Positions 21,500 through 33,939 are shown, numbered from the stretch's first letter. The stretch: DNA of 64,000 nucleotides from Macrostomum lignano (GCA_002269645.1 NIVC01000482.1:255909-319908); one strand, 5' to 3'. Notes: generated from the letters alone by a model not told the origin. Made by a program: numbers and translations.

Positions 21500-22870
21500 C
21501 TCACCTTCTCTCTTATCTTGCTCTCCCTCCCTTCCCCTCTCCGTCTCCCTCTCTCCCCGCTCCGTCTCCTCCCCCGCTGTCTCCCTCCCCCCGCTGTCTC
21601 CCTCTCCCCGCTGTCTCCCTCTCCCCGCTGTCTCCCTCCCCCCGCTGTCTCCCTCTCCCCGCTGTCTCCCTCTCCCCGCTGTCTCCCTCTCCCCCTCTCC
21701 GTCTCCTTCTCCCGCTCCGTCTCCCTCCCCCCGCTGTCTCCCTCCCCCCGCTGTCTCCCTCTCCCCGCTGTCTCCCTCTCCCCGCTGTCTCCCTCCCCCC
21801 GCTGTCTCCCTCTCCCCGCTGTCTCCCTCTCCCCGCTGTCTCCCTCTCTCCCGCTGTCTCCCTCTCCCGCTGTCTCCCTCTCCCCGCTGTCTCCTCCCCC
21901 CGCTGTCTCCCTCCCCCCGCTGTCTCCCTCCCCCCGCTGTCTCCCTCCCCCCTCTCCGTCTCCTTCTCCCCGCTCCGTCTCCCTCCCCCCGCTGTCTCCC
22001 TCTCCCCGCTGTCTCCCTCCCCCGCTGTCTCCCTCTCCCCGCTGTCTCCCTCCCCCCGCTGTCTCCCTCCCCCCGCTGTCTCCCTCCCCCCGCTGTCTCC
22101 CTCCCCCCTCTCCGTCTCCTTCTCCCCGCTCCGTCTCCCTCCCCCCGCTGTCTCCCTCTCCCCGCTGTCTCCCTCCCCCGCTGTCTCCCTCTCCCCGCTG
22201 TCTCCCTCTCCCCACTGTCTCCCTCCCCCCGCTGTCTCCCTCCCCCGCTGTCTCCCTCCCCCCTCTCCGTCTCCTTCTCCCCGCTCCGTCTCCCTCCCCC
22301 CGCTGTCTCCCTCCCCCGCTGTCTCCCTCCCCCGCTGTCTCCCTTCCCCCTCTCCGTCTCCCTCCCCCCGCTGTCTCCCTCCCCCCGCTGTCTCCCTCCC
22401 CCCGCTGTCTCCCTCCCCCCGCTGTCTCCCTCCCCCCTCTCCGTCTCCTTCTCCCCGCTCCGTCTCCCTCCCCCCCTGTCTCCCTCTCCCCGCTGTCTCC
22501 CTCCCCCCGCTGTCTCCCTCTCCCCGCTGTCTCCCTCTCCCCGCTGTCTCCCTCCCCCTCTCCGTCTCCCTCCCCCGCTGTCTCCCTCCCCCCGCTGTCT
22601 CCCTCCCCCCTCTCCGTCTCCTTCTCCCCGCTCCGTCTCCCTCCCCCGCTGTCTCCCTCCCCCCGCTGTCTCCCTCCCCCTCTCCGTCTCCCTCCCCCCG
22701 CTGTCTCCCTCCCCCCGCTGTCTCCCCTCCCTCCATCTCCCTCCCCCTCCCACCCTCCGTCTACCTCACCCTCCTCCCTCTCCCACTCCCCGCGCCGTCT
22801 CCTCTCTTCCCTTTTCTCCCTTTTCTCCCTCTCCTTCCCTCCTTCTCTCCCTTTCTCCCCGTCTAACCCT
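21500..22870 (+). repeat. Pyrimidine-rich minisatellite (CCCCGCTGTCTCCCT(C/CT), about 17-18 bp)
   Basis: Tandem C/T-rich units; source of the spurious 400-500 aa ORFs. Confidence 0.93.
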
Positions 22871-23089
22871 TTCTCTCTTTCCCTCTGCCAAGATCAATCG
22901 AGCAAGCAAAAAACTTTCTTTTCTTAAAAACTTCTTGACGTCTCCAGTATGTGCGCATAAAAAAGTTGCCATGCACCTGCATGATAGGAAGTTGATTTAC
23001 AAGCTGACAATTTATGGTGCTATAGAGGGGAACTGAGAGGTACAATACAATACAAGCTAAACCTGTTATTTTCCCGCACCTGGTGACCC

Positions 23090-25590
23090 ATGCCTGACTA
23101 CCGGTTCTCCATGGACCAGGTGATCCCAGGCCTGTGGCTTGGCGGTCGCAACGCGGCCAAGAATGCTCAAGTGCTCCGATCCAGACGGGTCAGCCGCGTT
23201 CTAACAGTGGACGATTTGAACCTGCCAGACCGTCTGTTGGAGCAGTTTGACGATGGAGCGCATCGGTTTGTTCGGCTTGAGGATCACGCCAGGGAGAACC
23301 TGCTGGACCGGCTGCAGGAGTGCCTGCAGTTTATTGGCGAAGCCTTGGAAGGCGGGCACAATGTACTGGTGCACTGGTGCGCGCACTCTGCTGGCTCTGG
23401 ACGGGAAAAGCTGGGGGGGGGGTTGCTGGGAAAATCGCACAAAATATCCAGCTGCTGAGTTCGCTAGCTGGATGATGCTGATATGCTGATGGGTTGTCTA
23501 GGAGGGTGTGATTAAACCCAGGGGCGTCGCCACCGGAGGGGGACAGAGGGGCATGTCCCACCCAGTAAAAGCTATGGGGGGGACATGCCAATGCTTTGTC
23601 CCCCCCACCCCCACCTTGTTGACCCGTTACGTTATGGAAATCAATAATTTTGCTTCAGGGCGACAAAACATAACGCCTGCAGCACCAAAATGAGTGCCTG
23701 CAGCACCAAAATGAGTGCCTGCAGCGCCAAAATGAGTGCCTGCAGCACCAAAATGAGTGCCTGCAGCGCCAAAATGAGTGCCTGCAGCACTAAAATGTGT
23801 GTCTGCGGCGCTAAAATGGGGCCTGCGGCGCTAAAATGAGTGCCTGCAGCACTAAAATGAGTGCCTGCAGCACCAAAATGAGTGCCTGCAGCACCAAAAT
23901 GAGTGCCTGCAGCGCTAAAATGAGTGCCTGCAGCACTAAAATGAGTGCCTGCAGCACCAAAATGAGTGCCTGCAGCACCAAAATGAGTGCCTGCAGCGCC
24001 AAAATGAGTGCCTGCGGCGCCAAAATGAGTGCCTGCAGCAACAAAATGAGTGCCTGGGGCGCCAAAATGAGTGCCTGCAGCGCCAAAATGAGTGCCTGCA
24101 GCAACAAAATGAGTGCCTGCGGCGCCAAAATGAGTGCCTGCGGCGCCAAAATGATTGATGACAACACCGATTCGAAAATAATGTACATGTAGGAATTTAG
24201 TCATGTACATGTAGAATACTGTCCCCCCACCATAAAATCCATGGCGACGCCCCTGATGAAACCTTTAATTCCTAATAGTACGATTTCTTGCAAATAGTTG
24301 CGTTGGAGTAAAGATATTCTATTAGTAACATCCTTTTAGGACTAAAAGTACACTAAACATACATAGATAGGGACAACTGCAAGTTTTTCAAAACCTTGTC
24401 ACTAAACCATCTATTGATCAAGCAAAAGCTTGGAAGATACTCGTAAGGGGGAGTTCTAAAGTGATGAAACCTTAGCGTAGAGGAGATAATGCTAATGTAG
24501 AGAGGAATGTACAGATTTATTCGGCTAGCATGACAGCAGCTCTGGCTCTCGTGCCACAACCTCCTGAGTGGCCTGCAATTATTTTTATTAGCTAGTGTAC
24601 ATCGTCTAATAACGATGTCGACATTGTCTCCCAACCTCGCGTACACACGCTCACACAGGGTCCATCATGTGTGAGAATCGCACGACAAATCTTCCCCAAG
24701 GGCTACTCAAGTAGAAGCTTGACGGGAAACCTCGTTTCCAGGGAAAATTGTAGAAGGCAGGTTTCCGAAAAAATACACTACCGAGATGGCTTAGCTCATT
24801 GGTTTTATAAATCAATTTTGTCATTCTTAGCTGACTGTGTAACAATATGTGTATCAGAGATGATGAAATAGATTCATAAAACCAAAGTCGAGCTGTGCCA
24901 TGCATTGTTATGATTATCAATAGAGCTGTAAGAAAGGCACAACATATCAAAAGACGAACATATTGGGTCTGCATGCCTCCTATCGAAAGCAATAACAGTT
25001 TTTGTGCTGAAAAAATGAAAACCTCCTATCTCGGTAGTGTATTTTTTTGGAAAAGTCTGCCTTTTACAATTTTCCAGGAAACGAGGTTTCCCTTAAGCTT
25101 CTACTTAAGTAGTCCTTGTGGTGTCCTTGCAAATCCGCTAGCCTATTTTCGTATTTCGAGACCAAGGGCCTCGGAGCGAGAGTCGGAAGTGCTTGCCGCT
25201 GAGCTGACCAATCAATCAATCTCAACCATTCCAGTCGGGTGGGCGTCTCTCGCAGCGCATCCGTTGTCATCGCTTACCTGATGCAGAGTCAGCAGCTGGC
25301 CTTTCAATCGGCTTATGATTTGGTCAAAGCAGGCCGGCCTGTCATTGGGTGAGTCTGGCCGTGTTAGCTTTGCTCAGATTTCATCAGACCAACCTGTTTC
25401 AAAATTCCTTCTCTGCAGACCAAACGACGGTTTTGTAGAACAGCTGCGTCTGTTTGAGCAGATGGGCTGTCAAGTTGACAAAGACCACGCCGGCTACAAA
25501 GAGTTAGTAGAGCGGCTGAAAGAGGAGACTGCAATTTTGGAGAATTCCAAACTACCTGCTCCATCGCCTCGCCAGGGTGACTTAAGTTAG
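23090..25590 (+). CDS. DUSP12: Dual-specificity phosphatase, DUSP12/YVH1-like; join(23090..23376,25235..25348,25419..25590)
   Basis: MDQVIPGLWLG...VLVH|CRVGVSRSASVVIAYLM (HCxxGxSRS active site rebuilt across a phase-2 intron) ...G|PNDGFVEQLRLFEQMGCQVD. The C-terminal zinc-binding domain typical of DUSP12 was not found. Confidence 0.8.
23519..24255. mobile_element. CAGGG-family MITE (hAT-like) in DUSP intron 1, with expanded internal 21-bp repeat
   Basis: 14-bp TIRs CAGGGGCGTCGCCA / TGGCGACGCCCCTG; 8-bp TSD ATTAAACC / ATGAAACC; about 22 copies of AAAATGAGTGCCTGCAGCACC at roughly 23680-24150. Confidence 0.85.
24697..25118. mobile_element. CAAGG-family MITE in DUSP intron 1
   Basis: About 90-bp TIRs CAAGGGCTACTCAAGTAGAAGCTT...GAAACCTCGTTTCC...TACACTACCGAGAT and the reverse complement at about 25028-25118. 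TSD not evident. Confidence 0.8.
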
Positions 25591-25817
25591 TGACTCAAGT
25601 GACTCAAAAAAGATTTTCATTTTTTTTATAAAACTGCAATATGATTTCTGTGCTATTTTTTGTTTTTCACGAGTATAAATACATGTACATATATTGTCTG
25701 TTGATATCTAAGGGAGCGGTACACCTCCACAGGTAAGGAGGCAATTAAAGTTTAATTGTCACTTATTTTCAGAGTCACTTGATTTTCCGACCGTGCATTG
25801 CTTTTTATCTGCAGGTA

Positions 25818-26182
25818 CTTATTTTTTATTAGAGGCAGGGGGGTTGTGTGCACCCTGGCGCACTTTAAGCGACATAGGCACACATCCGGCGAGAGGCATT
25901 ACTGCCCATTCCGCCGACTCCCCTGAGCAGGCATACAAGCTCGCGGATACGTACGCAGGCACACACTCACACAGGAGTGTACAGCGGCCCTAACTTTATT
26001 TTATCGTTAGGCATGTACACTTCACTGCGCCTTGGGGGGTTGGCTCTCAAGGCCGTTAATTGCACGAGCAGAGCCAAGCCGAGATTCCAATTCAGCCCCA
26101 AATTAATGTGACTGCACTTGGAATTGAGCCTGGGTCGCTGGCACACCAGAGCAGCTGCGCTACCGCTGGGCTACGGCCCCCC
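25818..26182 (-). mobile_element. tRNA-derived SINE
   Basis: Minus-strand head GGCCGTAGCCCAGCGGTAGCGC (A-box-like) ... GGCTCAATTCC (B-box-like), A-rich tail AATAAAAAATAAG, flanked by TCTGCAGGTA at 25808-25817 and 26183-26192. Confidence 0.7.
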
Positions 26183-26352
26183 TCTGCAGGTATTTACTTG
26201 ATGGATGAAGTTTCTATCATTCAAAAATAAATTTCCAAGAAAATACAGTTACATTCATTTTGCTAGCAGAACAGTATCTCAAAGGGTGAAATGAGTTAAT
26301 TTAAATCAGGATTATTTTCTTTCAATTTATTATTTTCTTAAATTTATTTTAG

Positions 26353-27148
26353 AGGTCGTGAAAAGCATGGATTATGATCAAATGCTACACGCCCTTAGGC
26401 GTTTTGTTGCTCGAAGAGGGATACCATCTGTAGTCAGTGACAACGCACGCACCTTTCGAGCCGGAGCTAAATTAATTGGTGCGCAAATTTCCGAAGCCTT
26501 GCAGGCGTTTTGTTCATCAAGGAAAATCAGCTGGCATTTCATTCCTGAGCGAGCCCCGTGGTGGGGAGGTTTCTGGGAGAGGCTCATTGGATTAGTGAAG
26601 ATGTCACTTAAGAAAGCAGCAAAACGTCAACTCCTAGACTTTGATCAGTTAGTGACTCTGGTGCTTGAGACCGAAGCAGTGGTGAACTGTCGGCCGCTGC
26701 TGTATGTGTCATCTGATGACAGCACCGAGGTGATCACACCGTCGCACTTTATTGCAGCGGGACGACTCACTCAAGAATCTGGCGGGGTTGAGAATGATGG
26801 TGAGTCGTTGCTGCCACTTCCAAGAAGATTATAAAGATGCTCATAGCTGCGCTAGACTGGTTTTGGCACCAGTGGAAAACAGCCTATCTTCAGGCGCTTC
26901 GTGAAAAGGCTTTGAAGGACCATCCTGAAAGTCGTGTACCACGTGTTGGTGAAATGGTTCTGCTCGTCGGGGAAGTCCACCAGCCGAGGCTGAGGTGGAG
27001 GCTTGGGTTGGTTGAAGAGATTCGCGTTGGCCGTGACGGTGCAGTCCGTTCGGCGGTCGTCCGAGTGTCGGGTGCTGGGAATTCCCGGCGCTGGGAGCGG
27101 GTGGGGAGACCAGTTCAAGCTTTGGTGCCGCTAGAGATTCAGTCTTAA
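26353..27148 (+). mobile_element. BEL/Pao LTR-retrotransposon integrase fragment with C-terminal DUF5641-like region (frameshifted)
   Basis: ALRRFVARRGIP..VSDNA.TF...W.FIPERAPWWGGFWERLIGLVK and FWHQWKTAYLQALRE...PRLRWRLG.VEEI..GRDGAVRSA.VR...RPVQALVPLE. Stop/frameshift at 26834-26837. Confidence 0.92.
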
Positions 27149-28107
27149 GTCTCGTTTTTTTGCGCTTGGCTTCGGCTACTGAATTTTCAAATTTCGTCGT
27201 TATATCGATAGTCTGTTTGGTTGATTTGGCTGGTTATGTTAAATTGCGTTGTTTTTTTCTGCGTTTGCGTTTAGCGTTTTTTTGAGATTTGCAATTCTCA
27301 TCATTTTCCGGTAATTGGGTTTATTTTCCTTGAGAATCGTTCGTTTGGGTTATTGTTAAATTTGATTAATTTCACTCAATGTATCTTATTACAATTGATT
27401 TCTACCATTATAACATCGAATATATTGTTAAAATTTGTGTTAATATTCGAAGGTTAATTTTCTGATAAAAATGCTTCCCATTTTTGGAGAAGTGTCGCGT
27501 TCTTTGGTGCATGCATGCTAGTGATGAGGACGCACTTTTTTCCAAATCCCGCGCTAGCACATGGGCTCTAAACTTACTAGCCTACTGACAGCAGGCTAAG
27601 GGCATTTTTATTCTTTTTCTGCGAATTGTCATAGAATCTATACTAGATATAATGTCTGGTCATAATAGTAGTCATAATAACATAGGCGCAGCTTTTTGGG
27701 TCATAAATCATCGCTTTCGAAGCTGGTCTGACAGCCACCTGCGCCTCACTCAGTGTTGAGGCGGGCGCCAGATGGTTTGAGAGGATGCGGGCGGTAGCTT
27801 TTTTCTCATCATTTTTGACAGGCCATCAAGATTTATGAGGTCAGAGCCTATTGTTCGTGTTCACTCAAGCGTGTGACAGCTTTGACAGCTATGCGTTTTA
27901 CCCCTAAAAGTACCTTGGGATTAGCGATTAGTGATTTCTCTTCATTATCTTCACTTTCTATTTAATAAGAGCTTTCTAATGTATGTTTTTTCATTAATTT
28001 CTGTCAATCCTACGCGAAAAGTCATAAATCATTTTGTTGCGATTTTGATTGATTTATGGCCGCACCTGTCATCTTTTTACGACCCTGTGGGAACTGATAG
28101 GATCTCC

Positions 28108-28250
28108 CGGTCACGTGATTCTGGGTAGCAACAAACTTAGCCAATCAGAAAATTCGGCGCTCATTTTAACAAAACGGCTCAGCCAATCAGAATCGACGTG
28201 TTCCATTATAACAAACTGTGGTCCAGTTGGCGGCTATTTAAGCCGGTTTT
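28108..28250 (+). promoter_or_regulatory. Pol II promoter-like motif cluster (E-box, two CCAAT boxes, TATA-like)
   Basis: GTCACGTG (about 28110), AGCCAATCAG twice (about 28140, 28181), CTATTTAAG (about 28234). May be an LTR promoter. Confidence 0.4.
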
Positions 28251-29834
28251 TTTGGCCCGCTCGGACCACAACCGGCTCTCCCGCGGAGGAACCTTCCCGA
28301 CATTTCTGGTTCCCGGAGCCCGACCGTCGTTTCTTGATCCCCGGATTGCGACTTCCCCCTCATCATCAAGGACGAGTCCCCCGGTCATCAGCAGCGAACA
28401 TCAAAGTTAAGATCATCACCTGCTAGCTATCTGCGAAGACTGTGACAGCATCATCCCGAGTCTACAGCTGCGAAGCATCAAGCCGATTCGGGCACTGTGG
28501 ATTGCCTGGTCCTCCGGCTGTTAAGTTTCTGATTGGTTGGGTGAGAGGCTGCCTAGACTTGCTTGATTGGGTGATTCCTTATCTGTCCCCTGTTTCAGTA
28601 GCTGGATTAGGCGCACACTTTTGCTCATTTTGTTCAGTAGTGCTGTTGCTGAGGCAGAGGTCATTCAATAATACTGCTAGTAGTCTAAAACTCCAATTCA
28701 ATCTGAAGTGTGAAGTGATCTGAGGAGAAGGTTAAATCTGACAGTTATTTTTATCAGTTTTATTTCTTTGTTCGCCGATGGCTCAGATGAGTAGCAAAGC
28801 TAGTAGGCGCCGGTCACAGTGGACCAATGGCAAGGCAGTTCTCAGTCGATCAATCTATCAAATCAGTTAGCGAAACTGCCAGAAGTGCAGAATTGGCGCC
28901 AGAGATGTACTTTGTGCACTCTAGGTTAGCCAAGCAGCTCGGGTAATGAATCATGCGGTCTCTGAAGTTTGAGTTAGTCTATCATCAGCGCTATGAGAGG
29001 CTAGTTGGCGCGTTGAAGGCCAAAAGTACATATCTTCGTATTTAGCAATGTAATAGTACATGTAGCTACCCCATAATCTCGCCACTGCAAGAATCCCCTG
29101 CACAAGTCCCCTCTGTACCTGCATGGCCAGTGCGATCTAGTCCCAGCAGTGTCCCTTAACATCGGCTATGACTTCGAGATTGACAGCAAAAAGACACTAG
29201 TTGGCAGGTAAGTGCGAAGCCCCCTCTAGTCGGAAGCCCGATTTCGAGAGTCCCGGTGTGGTGAGCCAGGACGTACGGGCTGGTTGCAGCGAGTTAGTTG
29301 ATCTGCGGATTAGCTAATTTCTACTTTCAAAATTCTCCCTGCTCGTCTCTCGCTGTCCCTCTCTTAGCTATAGGACCTAGACTGCTCGCCACACGATCAA
29401 GCTACCATGGGGCTGACCATCTGACAGGAGTGGGGGGCCAGGACTCTAATGGATTCATTTCTGAGACCTGAGGCCCGAAGGCTTCCCCACAAGGGGGCCG
29501 GAAGGTCGAAACCCATCACTAGTGGAGTGGTTAAATCTATTATCGATTTTATTACAAGCCTATCACTACCAAGCCTATCAAGCCTATTACAAGCCTATCA
29601 CAGAATCGGCAGAATCGCCTCAGAAGCGCTGCTTGTTGGACGATATCGCCCAAATCTGCTTGCCCAAATATCGTAGATTCGCAGCACGCAACAGACCAGG
29701 ACGCGACTCTTCGAGAATTATAAATTATTGTTTACACAACTGCCTTGAGAATTCCTGAATTTCACCATTAAGCCAACCGCCATGTCCCCAAATAGGAAAT
29801 TCTACAATTTAATAGGTGAACTCTTTCCTGCATC

Positions 29835-30800
29835 CAAACAAGAAATCTCCCCACAAATCCCGATACAGGTAGAAATCTCCCCCCCCACAAATCCCGACAC
29901 AAGTAGAAATCTCCCCCACAAATCCCGACACAAGTAGAAATCTCCCCCACAAATCCCGACACAGATAGAAATCTCCCCAAAAATCCCGACACAGGTAGAA
30001 TCTCCCCCCACAAATCCCGACACAGGTAGAAATCTCTCCCACAAATCCCGACACAGGTAGAAATCTCTCCCACAAATCCCGACACAGGTAGAAATCTCTC
30101 CCAGAAATCCCGATACAGGTAGAAATCTCTCCCACAAATCCCGATACAGGTAGAATCTTCCCCATCCCACAAATCCCGATGCAGGTAGAAATCTCTCCCA
30201 CAAATCCCGACACAGGTAGAAATCTCTCCCACAAATCCCGACACAGGTAGAAATCTCCCCCCCCACAAATCCCGATACAGGTAGAAATCTCTCCCACAAA
30301 TCCCGATACAGGTAGAATCTTCCCCCCACAAATCCCGATACAGGTAGAAATCTCTCCCACAAATCCCGACACAGGTAGAAATCTCTCCCACAAATCCCGA
30401 CACAGGTAGAAATCTCCCCCCCCTCACAAATCCCGATACAGGTAGAAATCTCTCCCACAAATCCCGATACAGGTAGAATCTTCCCCATCCCACAAATCCC
30501 GATACAGGTAGAAATCTCTCCCACAAATCCCGACACAGGTAGAAATCTCTCCCAGAAATCCCGACACAGGTAGAAATCTCTCCCACAAGTCCCGACACAA
30601 GTAAAAATCTCCCCCCCCCCACAAATCCCGACACAGGTAGAATCTCCCCCCCACAAATCCCGACACAGGTAGAAATCTCCCCCACAAGTCCCGACACAGG
30701 TAGAAATCTCCCTCCCACAAATCCCGATACAGGTAGAAATCTCTCCCACAAATCCCGACACAGGTAGAAATCTCTGCCACAAATCCCGACACAGGTAGAA
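29835..30800 (+). repeat. About 30-31-bp minisatellite (CCCACAAATCCCGACACAGGTAGAAATCTCT), about 30 copies
   Basis: Tandem units with a variable C-run. Confidence 0.95.
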
Positions 30801-31244
30801 ATGCCAGCAGTTCAAGTTTATCTTTCCTTTAATCATGAAATGCAAATGTTTTTTTCAGACGCCAACTTTACTATCAATTTATATTCTGAGCTCGATGGGT
30901 CAGTGTTGTGGTCATTCACAAATGACATTCAAAAAATTCAGCAAAGCAGACCTAGAATTAGTGAGCTTTTTATGCACGAGAGGAGTTCAGCCATAACCCA
31001 AGACATCAATGGCAATAACAATCCGAAAAATTTCTATGTATTGTGTTGCTTTGTTGTAAAAATAAAATTTGTAAAAATTTCGATTTTGGTAGCTCGTAGA
31101 ACAAACTTGCCTATAGTTCTGGCCATAGACGGCAGGACGGGGCTCGAGTGCCTGCTCGAGTCGAATTGCATCCGCGATGTTTTTCCTTAAACCAGCTCAA
31201 AAATATTCATAGCCGCATCAGCCATACGATCAAGTTGTCCAACA

Positions 31245-33477
31245 ATGTCCATCGATCAGTTTCAATGCCCTACTAATGAGAATGTGAGCAATACGACTCT
31301 GCGAACCCTTGGTGACAGCGTCCTGTTCGACGAGATCATGCTGAGGGAACTGGAGGCTAAGCAGCAGCTCGAAAGCCAGTCTGTTGAGTCTGAGCAGCTG
31401 CGCAACGTCGAAATCGAGGCGGCGGCTTCGAGGGTTCTGGCTCTGATCATGGACAGCTCGTTCAAGCGAAAATATGGACAGGACTTTGCCTACCCAAAGT
31501 CCATCCACTGCTACCTGTTCACGCAGCAGCCGCGCAATCATACCTACGCTTTTGAGGCCTTTGCTGCGGTTGCCACGGTCACACCGAATGCGTTGAAGCG
31601 TAAAAAAGAGGAGATGATCTTTCATCCCATGTTTGAGAATGTTATCGAACGGTATACCAATTCACGAGCTAAGCCAAATCCCGTGCTCATGGAGACTCGA
31701 AACAGCGAATTCTGCTACCGGCTGTCCATCCTGGTTGAGGCTGTGCCCATCAGTGTTCAGGTGACTTCGGGCTCTCCATTCGTTTTAGAATTTCTACCTT
31801 TAAAAAAGCTTTTTGCGACAGCTACTGCACTCCATTTTCGAGATAGTTCTAGAACCGACTATACTCAAGTCAAGACGTTTTTAGAACAGACCAGTCCATC
31901 AAGACCTTTTTAGAACAGACCAGTCCACCACGATGTTTTTACAACAGACCCGTCCATCAAGACGTTTTTAGAACAAACCAGTCCATCAAGACGTTTTTAC
32001 GAGTAGAACAGACCACTCCATCAAGAGGTTTTTAAACCTGCGAGGTACCATTCCATTATCAAGACGGTTTTATAGTCGTCAACTCCTATTGAAAAGCTTT
32101 CACACTATAATCACATTTAAATCAGTTGAAACTAAATTACGGCTCGTACATAAAGTATTTACTTAACCACACTAATTACGTTAGTCTGATAAATGCACTC
32201 TGATATTCCAACACCCGCATTCCCAGGCGTCTTTGGGATTCGGCATGTCTAGCCTGCGACTAATTCGCCAATACGAGATCCTTTACTACATCTGGGAGAC
32301 GTTCCGCCACGATCTCGAGGTCAAGAAGTGCTATTCAGACCAGCTAATCGGCATCCCCATGCCGTTCGAGTTTGTCAACGTGTGCGGCAACGAGTACGAC
32401 TTCGAATTCTCCGAGCACTCCATCAACTACTACGACATCCGGGGCGCCTACGTGCCAGTCAACAGCTCCAGGATACCCGGCGCCGGCAAGGGCAAACCGC
32501 TGGGCTCGTTTCTCAGCTACATGTCCATGGAGAAGCTGGGGCCCAGTCTGGCCTACATGGCCGACTTGTTAAAATCGCAAAGGAAATGGTTTAAAATGTC
32601 TACTGCGCTGAAACTGTTGGACCAAATCCTGTGCAGGCTGATGGTGCTGCACAGGTATGGCATCATCCTGGGCAACCTGGACTTTCGATACCTGAACTTT
32701 GGTGTACGCGAGGCCATCAATGTGCTCTACGTCAGCAGTTTTGATTGCGCCGTTCAGGCGCCGACAACGCAACGACCGTTGAACTATTTCAACGAGCGCT
32801 TCGCCTCGATTGGCGCATTGAAAGGAGTGGCGCATTTTGTCAATGACATTGAGACGGCTTTCTATCTGTTTCTGGCCATGCTGTCGCACCGGCTGCCCTG
32901 GGACCAGAAACTCCCAGTCAGCGAGACGCCGCTGACTGACCAGCAGACGCAGCAGCTTCAGCAGCCGCAATTCGACGGCTCCTGGGAAGTCGGCGGCAAC
33001 ACCAGGTATCAATCGACTCTTAGGACGCACCTAGACGAGAGGACCAAGCTGTGGGACACCACCAGCTGGATAGACCGCATGCTGAACTCGTACACGCTCA
33101 GGAACCAGATGAAATCGCCAGCTCTTGAAGGCTTCGCTTTCGACATCATCCAAATGGTGTACCAGAAAACCAAGGAGGCCATCAGTTGCGCGTCGATTCC
33201 GCAGCAAGACTTCATGACCAATGTCATGACGCCGTCCACGACGGCAAACAACGCTTACATGGGCATTAGAAAGGTCATCGTGTCCTTCTTCCGTTTCGAA
33301 AGTCTCAGCAACAACCTTCGAGATGCCACCTGCCAGAACAAGGTGGACCAGCTGTTGGCCACTGAGGAGTCCGACGGCAGAGCACTGTGGGACCTGAACA
33401 ACTGGTGCTGGAATGTGTTCGAGACTTCATTCATGAGCAATGCTCGATCTTCAAGACGCAGCATCGTCAAGTTTTGA
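31245..33477 (+). CDS. Casein kinase 1/TTBK-like pseudokinase; join(31245..31760,32227..33477), about 588 aa
   Basis: Phase-0 intron CAG|GTGACT...TTCCCAG|GCG. CK1-type motifs GIP, YMSMEKLGPSL, FKMSTALKLLDQIL.RL..LH, RFASI.A..G, NDIE..FY, LPW. HRDxKPxN is replaced by LGNLDFRYLN and DFG by SFD. Confidence 0.75.
31870..32030 (+). repeat. About 29-bp minisatellite (CCATCAAGACGTTTTTAGAACAGACCAGT) in the pseudokinase intron
   Basis: About 5 degenerate tandem copies. Confidence 0.8.
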
Positions 33478-33939
33478 TAATGGAATCGCTTGGAAGTCTT
33501 TTACTGCCTCTGAGATGGACGAGTAATGTATATTCATACTTTCTGGTAGACTGTACCGTTGTTAAAGATAATAACGTACCAACGTACTGTAAATACGTCA
33601 GCACAACTTCTGCAGATTGTCTTGAGAGTACAATTCAATGTGTCAATTTTTCATTGTCAGCAATTCGCTGATTGAGGAAGCAACGAACAACAACGGTTCA
33701 TGTTCGCTTTCCTTTTTAAACTTGTTTTCATACTCTGTATCCGCGTCTGTGTCTAGTGGTACCCGCACATATAAGCTCGGTTTTGTGCTCGCATTGATTT
33801 TTTTAAATAAAGAAAATCAGCGTTATAACGTAAAATATAAATACGAAAATAACTACGTCGACTAAAACACCTGCATACTGGACTCGCGGATAGCGAAAAA
33901 AAAGAAGTTAATCCATTTTCTCTTTTTTTATTTAATGCC

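Noticed and set aside
21389-22927. 400-500 aa Pro/Ser- and Gly/Arg-rich ORFs
   Set aside because: Stop-free frames of a C/T minisatellite; no domain content.
26353-29760. Full-length BEL element with paired LTRs
   Set aside because: No gag, protease or RT, and no direct-repeat pair detectable by eye.
29768-30845. Repetitive ORFs on the minus strand
   Set aside because: Translations of the 30-31-bp minisatellite.
30801-31190. 129-aa ORF upstream of the pseudokinase
   Set aside because: Starts at the satellite edge, AT-rich, with no motifs or convincing splice connection.
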